The notes under the pieces are model-generated. The model ran no database searches, was not told the DNA's origin, and was given only the letters and a program-made list of their open reading frames with translations. A stretch of 10,034 nt of DNA, taken from NCBI GenBank assembly GCA_049969675.1, contig JBMFOP010000103.1, positions 1 through 10,034 on the forward strand, given 5' to 3'. This stretch comes from Myxococcota bacterium. GTDB lineage: Bacteria; Myxococcota; SpSt-1050. Position numbers and translations under genes: made by a program. Within the stretch, counting starts at the first letter, position 1. Every line of letters begins with the position of its first letter. Below, in pieces: positions 1 through 7,219 of this stretch.

Positions 1-108
1 AAGATTTCAAAAGGATATAGGGATTTAGTTGTTGGGGGCAAATAGTTAACAATTCAAATCAGATTATTCTGGGCAGCAGTGAGATTTATGGAAGAGGAGA
101 TATCTGTA

Positions 109-1308
109 TTAATATATTGCTGTACAGGTGCAACCCGAGTCTGACTCATCTACATAGTCGGGATATGAATCTCTTATAAATATTGACTCTGAATATGTAA
201 TATCTGAGTTTTCAATTACATCTTCGCTGATAGAATCTCCCATATGTGGGTGGTCTGGGACTACTATATCTATCACTGCCCCATCATCTTTTACGACATC
301 AATATATGAATCTTTAGGTCCAGTATCTGTATACCCTGCATCCACTGAATCTCTTATCTCGTAGTAATCCAGAGGGCAGTTTAATCCATATGCGCCTTCA
401 TCTGGGAATGTCTCAACCAAACCGTTTGATGATTTAAATAGGAAGTAATATTTGTGACAGGATTCTGGTAGATTTGCCTTATATAAATATGTTCCGTTGG
501 TAGGGGAGCCGCGTTCAATATCCATCTCAAAGGCTATTCCATCTATTACTACGGATGCAGCTGATGGGGCAGCGGAGTCTGCCCAATTTGCCCTGAATTC
601 AATATTCTTACCACTCTTTGGATAATGTGTGCCAGAATATAACCTCCTTGTATATGCCGATGAATAGGAGAAGTCCTGTGTCCAGTAAGACTGATAATTC
701 CCAACCCCCATTGAGGCGTGTGAATTGTTCAGGATATTTACTCTGTGTCCATTTGTGTACCTGAAGCCGCACTCGGGATTTGACTCGGGTTCATAAAGCC
801 ATTGATAAAAAGTCTGTACAGGGTCTGAATATCCATAAGCCGCATTCTCTCCAGAAGGAGAACCACCAAATAGAGATACTCGGTTTGCCCAGCTCGTACA
901 GGAAGGATTGCATCCGCACTTTCCACCTTCACAGGCACAGGAGGCACTCCCATCACAACTCCCATTGGGCTGGTAAATATTACTTAGATTGCTTACAAGT
1001 GTACAGGGTGAGTCGTGCTGAAGATGACCACCGCAGGATATAAGATTGGCGCAGTGAAACCTCGCGGCGCGATTTAGATTGTAATCATAAGTGAGTGGCT
1101 TAGATGGAGTCTTGTAGCAGTCCTTATCTGCACATACATTACAACCCTTGAGCTCTGCCACAGGGTCTGAGCGTGCTCTATTGGTATAGACCAGAACAGT
1201 CCTCTCCTCCCAGCTCGGAAATCCGTCTTTCACCACTCCGTAATCTCCTGCAATAACTTGATTTTGAATAAAGAGAAGCAGGAGGATTAGAAAGATGATT
1301 TTCTTCAT
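109..1308 (-). CDS. Secreted CAP (SCP/cysteine-rich secretory protein family) domain protein with Cys-rich insertions, a further beta-rich domain, an Asp-rich linker and a C-terminal GCxC tail
   Basis: 399-aa ORF with a signal peptide (MKKIIFLILLLLFIQNQVIA). CAP motifs: ERTVLVYTNRAR, LTYDYNLNRAARFH, GENAAYG, GHRVNILN, MGVG, YWTQDF. AGGGA RBS-like sequence upstream of the ATG. Ends ...DESDSGCTCTAIY. Confidence 0.88.
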   Translation of the reverse strand: MKKIIFLILLLLFIQNQVIAGDYGVVKDGFPSWEERTVLVYTNRARSDPVAELKGCNVCADKDCYKTPSKPLTYDYNLNRAARFHCANLISCGGHLQHDSPCTLVSNLSNIYQPNGSCDGSASCACEGGKCGCNPSCTSWANRVSLFGGSPSGENAAYGYSDPVQTFYQWLYEPESNPECGFRYTNGHRVNILNNSHASMGVGNYQSYWTQDFSYSSAYTRRLYSGTHYPKSGKNIEFRANWADSAAPSAASVVIDGIAFEMDIERGSPTNGTYLYKANLPESCHKYYFLFKSSNGLVETFPDEGAYGLNCPLDYYEIRDSVDAGYTDTGPKDSYIDVVKDDGAVIDIVVPDHPHMGDSISEDVIENSDITYSESIFIRDSYPDYVDESDSGCTCTAIY

Positions 1309-1336
1309 TTCTCTATCCCTTCAATGCGATGATAAG

Positions 1337-1365
1337 AAAATAACATATTTTAAGGCTTTTTACAA
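1337..1365 (-). promoter_or_regulatory. Putative sigma70 promoter for the CAP gene (extended -10)
   Basis: The minus strand reads TTGTAA (1365-1360), a 17-nt spacer ending in TGT, then TATTTT (1342-1337), about 30 nt upstream of the start codon. Confidence 0.4.
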
Positions 1366-1445
1366 CATCATATACTATTTTTGGGGATACAACTAATTTT
1401 TCTTGAAAATTTATAAACCTTATATTATCAGGAGAAGAGTAAAAT

Positions 1446-1450
1446 GGAGG
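1446..1450 (+). promoter_or_regulatory. Shine-Dalgarno site for the lipoprotein gene
   Basis: GGAGG lies 5 nt upstream of the ATG at 1456. Confidence 0.7.
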
Positions 1451-1455
1451 TTGTA

Positions 1456-4092
1456 ATGAAAGGAAGATTACAGACTCTAATTTGTAGCATTGTATTGGTT
1501 TCTTTCTTCTATTCCTGTAGCAACAATGATAATATTGCTACTGAAGACGCATTAAACAAGAGTGATGTAAAAATTACGGATGTGCCAACTGATATATCAT
1601 CGGATGCAATGACCGATATAAATATGGATGGTTCTACGGCTACAGATACAGAACCGATTACAGACATAGAATATTCAGATGCAGGTCCGGACATAGGGAA
1701 TTGCAGTCTAATCTGTGGCAAGAATATGCACTGTGAGAATGAGAAGTGTGTATGCAATGAGGGATTCTCTGACTGTAATGGTGACCTCTCGGACGGTTGT
1801 GAGGCAGACCTGATGAACGAGACAAAGAACTGTGGGAGTTGCACAATGGACTGCTCACATCCAATGCTTGGGGTCTCTGAGTTTGAGTGCATAAAGGGTA
1901 TTTGTGAGATAAAGCGATGTGAGGAGAACAGGGCAGATTGTAATGGTAAGGAGAATGATGGATGTGAGGCGAATCTTATGACAGACTCTCACAATTGCAA
2001 TGCCTGTGGACTGGATTGTGGAAATAATTCATATTGTGAAAAAGGGGAATGCAAATGTAAGACAGGGTTTGCAAATTGTAATCTATATGTCTCAGATGGG
2101 TGTGAAATAAACATATCAAACGATAATGACAACTGTGGTAAATGTGGGAATAAATGCGGGACAAATTCCTATTGCAGCAGTGGAAACTGTACCTGTAATT
2201 ATGGATATGAAAATTGTGATAATAGCTGGCTTACTGGATGTGAGACATATATTATGGGGGACAAATATCACTGTGGGAACTGTAAGACAGACTGTACAAA
2301 ACTGGATAATGTGTTGAGTGTGGTATGTGCCGATTTCAACTGCGGTATATTAAGATGCAAGACAGACTTTGATGACTGTAATAAAGACGCCACCGATGGA
2401 TGTGAATCAAATCTGGCGACGGATGCACATCACTGCGGTAATTGCGCAAGGGACTGCGGGAATAACTCAGTCTGTAATAATAAGAGTTGTGCCTGCAGAC
2501 CCGGATTTGGAAATTGCAATGTCCTGTGGGAAGATGGCTGTGAGATAGACTTCAATAATGTCAGGACCTGCGGCAAAGATTGCAACAGTCTTGTCAATTG
2601 CGGCCAAAATACAGAGTGCTATAATTATGCCTGCAGATGTATCGTCCCCTTTGCCGACTGCAACAGCAGCTGGTCAGATGGATGCGAGATAGATACAGAC
2701 AATGATAGATTGAACTGTGGTGGATGTAAATCAACTTGCACAAACGGGATAAATTATAGTGGGATATGTGTCAAAGGGAGGTGTGCGGGCAGGTATTCAT
2801 TCGCAAGGGCATATGGCTCCACCGGAGATGATGAAGGTATGGCAATTGCAAAGGACCCGCAGGGGAATACTATCATAGCCGGGAATTTCAGCGGGAAGAT
2901 GAAGCTTGGGACATATACACTTACACCGACTGGTTCAACAGATATATTTGTTGCAAAACTTGATTCTGTTGACAATAGCGTGATTATTGCCCGAGCCTTC
3001 GGTTCTACCGGAGATGACTATCTGTACAGTATGGCGGTTGATCAAAATGGCGATATTGTTATTACCGGCTCTTATTCAGCGGATATAAAATTTGGTGTTG
3101 ACACAATTAAGAACTATGGCGGTAAAGATGTATTCTTTGTAAAATTAAACAACAATCTTGATCCTATATGGAGTAAGGGGTTTGGTTCCACCGGTGATCA
3201 GGAAGGCACATCTGTAGCAATTGATAGCAATCTAAATATATATCTTGCTGGAAACTTTGAAAATACTATTGCTCTCGGTGGTCCGGACATTCTTCAGAGT
3301 TATGGACAGACTGATATATTCCTCGCCAGATTTGACAATGGTGGAAAACATATATGGAGTAAGGCATTTGGGGTTAAAGATGTGGCAACAAATGGATACG
3401 ACATAGTTACATCCATAACAGTTGACAATGATGGATTTATTTATATAACCGGTGCATTCTCAATCAGCATAGATTTTGAGATAGTCAATTTTGCTACAAA
3501 GGGCAGTTATGATACTTTCATTGTAAAGTTAGATAAAGATGGAACTCCGATTAATGCCACATCTATTGGCTCAAATGGTATGGATTTGGGAATGTCGGTC
3601 AGAGCCAATTCCCAGAATGAGGTAATTTTATCTTCCGTATTTTCAAATACAGTTACTCTAAACTCAAAAAATTATACATCCAGAGGAGGATTTGATATAT
3701 TGCTGGTCAAATATGATTCATCCCTTAAGCCGATAGATGTCAAAACCTTTGGTTCAGATGTAGAAGATGTGGGAATAATAACTCTGGACAAAGATGACAA
3801 TATAATTCTCAGCGGCAATTCAAAGGGGACAATACAATTTGGGGACGAGCCTCTGACAAACAAAGGTGATAGAGATATAATACTTGCAAAACTAAGACCA
3901 GACTTTACTCATATATTCAGTTATACTTTTGGCTCTTCCGGTGTAGATGCAGGGCAGGGGGTTACCACAGATGACTCTGGCAATATCTGGATTATCGGCA
4001 GGCTCTCCGGTCCAATAGACTTTGGTGGGGGAGAAGTCAATTATTCACCTGACCAGTTAATAGATATCTTTATAGCCAAATTTTTACCATAA
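1456..4092 (+). CDS. Large lipoprotein with Asp/Thr-rich linker, 7 tandem Cys-rich repeats and C-terminal SBBP-type seven-bladed beta-propeller
   Basis: The ORF track starts at 1444, but GGAGG favours the ATG at 1456. Lipoprotein signal MKGRLQTLICSIVLVSFFYS|C. Repeats C-x-GF-x-(D/N)C-x6-GCE-x8-10-(N/H)CG-x-C. Seven blades of type (W/F)xxxFGSTGDD...(V/I)D-x-x-GN(I/V)(Y/I)xxG...DIF(V/L)xK. Confidence 0.9.
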   Translation: MKGRLQTLICSIVLVSFFYSCSNNDNIATEDALNKSDVKITDVPTDISSDAMTDINMDGSTATDTEPITDIEYSDAGPDIGNCSLICGKNMHCENEKCVCNEGFSDCNGDLSDGCEADLMNETKNCGSCTMDCSHPMLGVSEFECIKGICEIKRCEENRADCNGKENDGCEANLMTDSHNCNACGLDCGNNSYCEKGECKCKTGFANCNLYVSDGCEINISNDNDNCGKCGNKCGTNSYCSSGNCTCNYGYENCDNSWLTGCETYIMGDKYHCGNCKTDCTKLDNVLSVVCADFNCGILRCKTDFDDCNKDATDGCESNLATDAHHCGNCARDCGNNSVCNNKSCACRPGFGNCNVLWEDGCEIDFNNVRTCGKDCNSLVNCGQNTECYNYACRCIVPFADCNSSWSDGCEIDTDNDRLNCGGCKSTCTNGINYSGICVKGRCAGRYSFARAYGSTGDDEGMAIAKDPQGNTIIAGNFSGKMKLGTYTLTPTGSTDIFVAKLDSVDNSVIIARAFGSTGDDYLYSMAVDQNGDIVITGSYSADIKFGVDTIKNYGGKDVFFVKLNNNLDPIWSKGFGSTGDQEGTSVAIDSNLNIYLAGNFENTIALGGPDILQSYGQTDIFLARFDNGGKHIWSKAFGVKDVATNGYDIVTSITVDNDGFIYITGAFSISIDFEIVNFATKGSYDTFIVKLDKDGTPINATSIGSNGMDLGMSVRANSQNEVILSSVFSNTVTLNSKNYTSRGGFDILLVKYDSSLKPIDVKTFGSDVEDVGIITLDKDDNIILSGNSKGTIQFGDEPLTNKGDRDIILAKLRPDFTHIFSYTFGSSGVDAGQGVTTDDSGNIWIIGRLSGPIDFGGGEVNYSPDQLIDIFIAKFLP
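1702..2784 (+). repeat. Intragenic array of 7 eight-cysteine repeats (about 45-55 aa each)
   Basis: Seven GCE cores (DGCEADL, DGCEANL, DGCEINI, TGCETYI, DGCESNL, DGCEIDF, DGCEIDT). I count 60 Cys in 361 codons. Confidence 0.9.
2791..4089 (+). repeat. Seven beta-propeller blade repeats (about 60 aa)
   Basis: Blade starts AYGSTGDD, AFGSTGDD, GFGSTGDQ, AFGVKD, SIGSNGMD, TFGSDVED, TFGSSGVD. Visible in the DNA as ggctccaccggagatga (2815), ggttctaccggagatga (3001), ggttccaccggtgatca (3184). Confidence 0.85.
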
Positions 4093-4196
4093 TATTTGAT
4101 GTCATATCACATCTGTCCAGAGTCTCTTTCTGCTAATTGGATATAACCTAAATCCCCTACCTGTGAAGGGTCTTGGTGACCTAAACAGAATCAATC

Positions 4197-4363
4197 TTTT
4201 GCCTGAAAATCTCTCTGGATGTGTTAAAGGACTTTATAATAATCTCCCACCTGTTTGGTGTTATTGTGTTTAAGCCCAGACCTGTGTATTTTGTCAATTC
4301 ATCTCAACAGGTTAACTCAACAGGTGGATTTTTCGTCTAAAAAATTGATTAGATCAGGCAAAA
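4197..4363. repeat. Nested inverted-repeat element (possible structured RNA, MITE or REP-like element)
   Basis: Three nested pairs: TTTTGCCTGA 4197-4206 / TCAGGCAAAA 4354-4363; CCACCTGTT 4247-4255 / AACAGGTGG 4319-4327; ACCTGT 4280-4285 / ACAGGT 4307-4312. Tandem CTCAACAGGT at 4303 and 4316. Confidence 0.55.
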
Positions 4364-4520
4364 ATCCTCCTCTTAAAAATTAAATATCTTGTGGCTTCAG
4401 TGAAAATTCATTTTGGAAAGATGTGAATCATTTTATAAATAGAGTAGTATAAAAGAATTTTCTTTACTTTTATAAATTAATGACTTAAACAGAGACCCAA
4501 TCTCAATGGTGGAATACTAA

Positions 4521-6323
4521 ATGTGTGGAATAGCAGGATATATAGTAAAAGATGGATATAGAAGGGAGAACCTGAGGGAGATCTCAGATAGATATAGAAA
4601 ATTACTCAGGCATCGTGGGCCCGATTCTGATGGCGAATTTATTGATGAGAAAGGTGGGATACTGCTATCACATACAAGGCTCTCAATCATAGACCTTTCT
4701 GATGCCTCCAGTCAGCCATTTTATTCAGAAGATAAGAATCTGGTGCTGATATACAACGGGGAGATATACAATTTTCGGGAGATTAGAGATGAACTATCAA
4801 AGAAGGGTTATAGATTTAATACAGATGGGGATACAGAGGTAATACTCAGGGCTTATGAGGAGTTTGGGGAGGATGCATTTTCAAGATTTATTGGTATGTT
4901 TGCATTTGCACTTCTTGACAGAAGAAAAAGCCTATTATTTCTTGCAAGAGATATGACCGGGATCAAGCCACTATATTACTTTTATGATGAGAAGAGGCTC
5001 ATATTCTCTTCTGAAATGAGACCTTTTTCAGACTTTGAAGAGAATATAGACTGGCGGATATATTTCCTTGCCTTTGGATATTTACCAAATCCAATAACCA
5101 CAAAGAAAGGAGTATATGCACTCAGGAAAGGACATTTCTTAAAACTGGATTTAACCAGCTTTTATCTGTCAAGTTCCAATTTTGCAAAAATTAATTTTGA
5201 GACAGATTATAATATCACAGAGATAGAGGCAATCAACACTACAAGAGAATTATTCAAAAAGGCGGTTGAGAGACATCTCATCTCAGATGCCCCGCTCGGG
5301 GTATTCCTTTCCGGTGGCATTGATTCATCACTAATATCAATCGTTGCCTCTAAAATAAGAGAAGGACAGTTAACCACTCTATCTGTTCAATTTAAGGAAG
5401 CTGAATATACCGAAGAGAGGTATCAAAATCTAATCGCAGAAAAGATACATTCAAACCACTGGGCACACCTCTTTTCATTGCAGGACTTTATGGAGAGCAT
5501 TGAGGATATAAAAGAGGCGATGGACCAGCCCTCAATAGATGGCATAAATACATACTTTGTATCAAGGATGGCAAAGGAGGCTGGTTGCAAGACCGTACTC
5601 TCCGGGCTTGGCGGAGACGAATTATTTATGGGCTATGGCTCATTTGGGCTGATTGACCGTTTAAACCATATAAGAAACATTGGAATACCATTCAGGGGAA
5701 TGATTCAGAAGGCTGGCTGGATCTTCAACAATGAGAGATACAGAAAGCTCGCACTTCTGGGTCTTAATAATCCTATATTTTTCTATCTACTCTTCAGGGC
5801 ACTGTTTATCCCCAAAGACATAGAGAGACTGACTGGGGTCAAAAGAAATGTAATAATTGAGAAGATAGAAGACCTATATCATAATCACACCACCAAAGAC
5901 CTCAAAAATTGGCTTTCAAAGATGGAGTTTGATTTTTACCTGCTGGGACAACTATTAAAGGATACCGATTGCATGAGTATGTGGCACTCTGTTGAGACTC
6001 GGGTCCCTTTTCTGGACAATGAACTTGTGGACTTTGTGTCAAGAGTCCCCTCAAAGATAAAGTATAATCAGAAAAGACCAAAATACCTGATTACCGAGGC
6101 ATACAGAGAGGTCCTCCCCAATGAGATTGTATTTAGAGAGAAGATGGGATTTGTATTTCCTTTTGATAAATGGGTAAGAGAGAAGATAAATCTATTTGAA
6201 GATATGATTTATAAAGACGAATCAGGCAGCTTTGTAAAGGCTCTAATTGACAGATTTAAAAGAAAAGAGACCAACTACTCCCGAATATGGGCACTGATTG
6301 TGATGAATTTTAAGAGGTGGTAG
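4521..6323 (+). CDS. asnB: Asparagine synthase (glutamine-hydrolysing)-family amidotransferase, probably glycan-amidating
   Basis: N-terminal Ntn nucleophile MCGIAG; HRGPD, HTRLSIID, YNGEIYNF, DTEVIL, GMFAFAL, GIKPLYY; PP-loop LSGGIDSS; LSGLGGDELFMGY; ETRVPFLD. GGTGG RBS at 4508-4512. The family call is firm; the substrate is inferred from context. Confidence 0.93.
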   Translation: MCGIAGYIVKDGYRRENLREISDRYRKLLRHRGPDSDGEFIDEKGGILLSHTRLSIIDLSDASSQPFYSEDKNLVLIYNGEIYNFREIRDELSKKGYRFNTDGDTEVILRAYEEFGEDAFSRFIGMFAFALLDRRKSLLFLARDMTGIKPLYYFYDEKRLIFSSEMRPFSDFEENIDWRIYFLAFGYLPNPITTKKGVYALRKGHFLKLDLTSFYLSSSNFAKINFETDYNITEIEAINTTRELFKKAVERHLISDAPLGVFLSGGIDSSLISIVASKIREGQLTTLSVQFKEAEYTEERYQNLIAEKIHSNHWAHLFSLQDFMESIEDIKEAMDQPSIDGINTYFVSRMAKEAGCKTVLSGLGGDELFMGYGSFGLIDRLNHIRNIGIPFRGMIQKAGWIFNNERYRKLALLGLNNPIFFYLLFRALFIPKDIERLTGVKRNVIIEKIEDLYHNHTTKDLKNWLSKMEFDFYLLGQLLKDTDCMSMWHSVETRVPFLDNELVDFVSRVPSKIKYNQKRPKYLITEAYREVLPNEIVFREKMGFVFPFDKWVREKINLFEDMIYKDESGSFVKALIDRFKRKETNYSRIWALIVMNFKRW

Positions 6324-6373
6324 AACGATAATATCAAATGTTATCTATGGTTACAATTTCAACTAAAATATAA

Positions 6374-7219
6374 TTAATGATTAAAATATTTATTCAAAAC
6401 TTTATCTACTGATTCAAATTTGAATTCCTTTAAAATCGTCTCAAATTTTTCAGTTGTTTTGTCAAGATTAACATAATATTTAAAAGCCTTCCAAAAAGAT
6501 AGTTTCATCCGTGGCTGTTCAGGGTCCACCTCTCTCGGATGAATATAAAATAGGACGGGGATATTTTTCTTATTAAGTCTTTTTATTTGTGACATCACAA
6601 AACTCAAAGGCAGCAGTCTAAAATACCCGCCACCTGAAAAACATAACTTAAATTTATATAAACCAGTTACACTTTGAGGAAATTCCATTAAATCACCATA
6701 GTTGGTCTTTATTAAATATGGACGAATGGGTGCATCCACTATACCACCGTGAGCCCTGTATGTTGGGAAGACACTTGCATCATATTTATAACCGTGTTTT
6801 GAAAGTATATCAAAGTACCAGTTCATACCTTTCTTTAAAGAAAAACCCGGGGCGCGATATCCAATCGGCATAATGTTTGATGTTTTATATATAACCTCCG
6901 TTGCCTTTATAAGGTCTCTTTCAAATTCTTCCAGAGACATTTTATATATAACATTGTGAAAATAACTATGGCACCCTATCTCAAATCCATTATCAGCAAC
7001 AATCCTGACAAGTTCTGGATATCGTTCAGCTACCCAGCCAACAAAGTAGAACGAAGCCCTCTGCCTATATTTTTTTATAAGTTCAATTATTTTTTCTGTA
7101 TTCCTGCGTACGCGCTCTTCCAGTTTCTCTGGGTCTCCAGCAACTCTATAAATGTCTTCCTCACAGATATGAAACCACTCTTCTACATCTATTGCAAGTG
7201 CATTAATATCAAACGACAT
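6374..7219 (-). CDS. Polysaccharide deacetylase (CE4/NodB-homology, DUF3473-containing, PEP-CTERM-locus-like subfamily)
   Basis: IDVEEWFH, FVGWVAERYP, metal-binding EIGCHSYFH, GYRAPGFS, YDASVFP, SGGGYFRLLP, FYIHPREVDPEQPR. GGGGAG RBS lies inside the end of the upstream gene. Confidence 0.92.
   Translation of the reverse strand: MSFDINALAIDVEEWFHICEEDIYRVAGDPEKLEERVRRNTEKIIELIKKYRQRASFYFVGWVAERYPELVRIVADNGFEIGCHSYFHNVIYKMSLEEFERDLIKATEVIYKTSNIMPIGYRAPGFSLKKGMNWYFDILSKHGYKYDASVFPTYRAHGGIVDAPIRPYLIKTNYGDLMEFPQSVTGLYKFKLCFSGGGYFRLLPLSFVMSQIKRLNKKNIPVLFYIHPREVDPEQPRMKLSFWKAFKYYVNLDKTTEKFETILKEFKFESVDKVLNKYFNH

Noticed and set aside
1..45. Open + frame from the window edge (KISKGYRDLVVGGK*), possibly the 3' end of a convergent gene
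   Set aside because: Only 14 codons with no recognisable motif; cannot be supported without upstream sequence.
738..1043. ORFs 738-965 (-) and 780-1043 (+)
   Set aside because: Alternative-frame or antisense shadows inside the well-supported CAP gene, with no motifs.
1403..1428. TTGAAA...TATTAT as a promoter for the lipoprotein gene
   Set aside because: The spacer is only 14 nt, and such hexamers are common in AT-rich DNA.
1444..1455. Track start codon at 1444 for the lipoprotein
   Set aside because: The ATG overlaps a perfect GGAGG placed for the ATG at 1456, which gives a canonical MK-start signal peptide.
1509..3863. Six short ORFs within the lipoprotein gene (1509-1892, 1658-1864, 1976-2164, 2126-2317, 2754-2975, 3672-3863)
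   Set aside because: Antisense or off-frame by-products of a repetitive coding sequence, with no independent signals.
4096..4111. TTGAT-GTCAT-ATCAC resembling an FNR/CRP site
   Set aside because: Spacing is one base too long for either consensus, and it sits immediately after a stop codon, about 410 bp from the next start.
4151..4330. CRISPR-like interpretation of the intergenic repeats
   Set aside because: Repeats are only 6-14 bp, irregularly spaced and in both orientations; no cas genes in the window.
6328..6346. GATAATAT-CAA-ATGTTATC hairpin between the convergent genes as a bidirectional terminator
   Set aside because: Almost entirely A-U/G-U pairs and no U-tract on either side; too weak to call.
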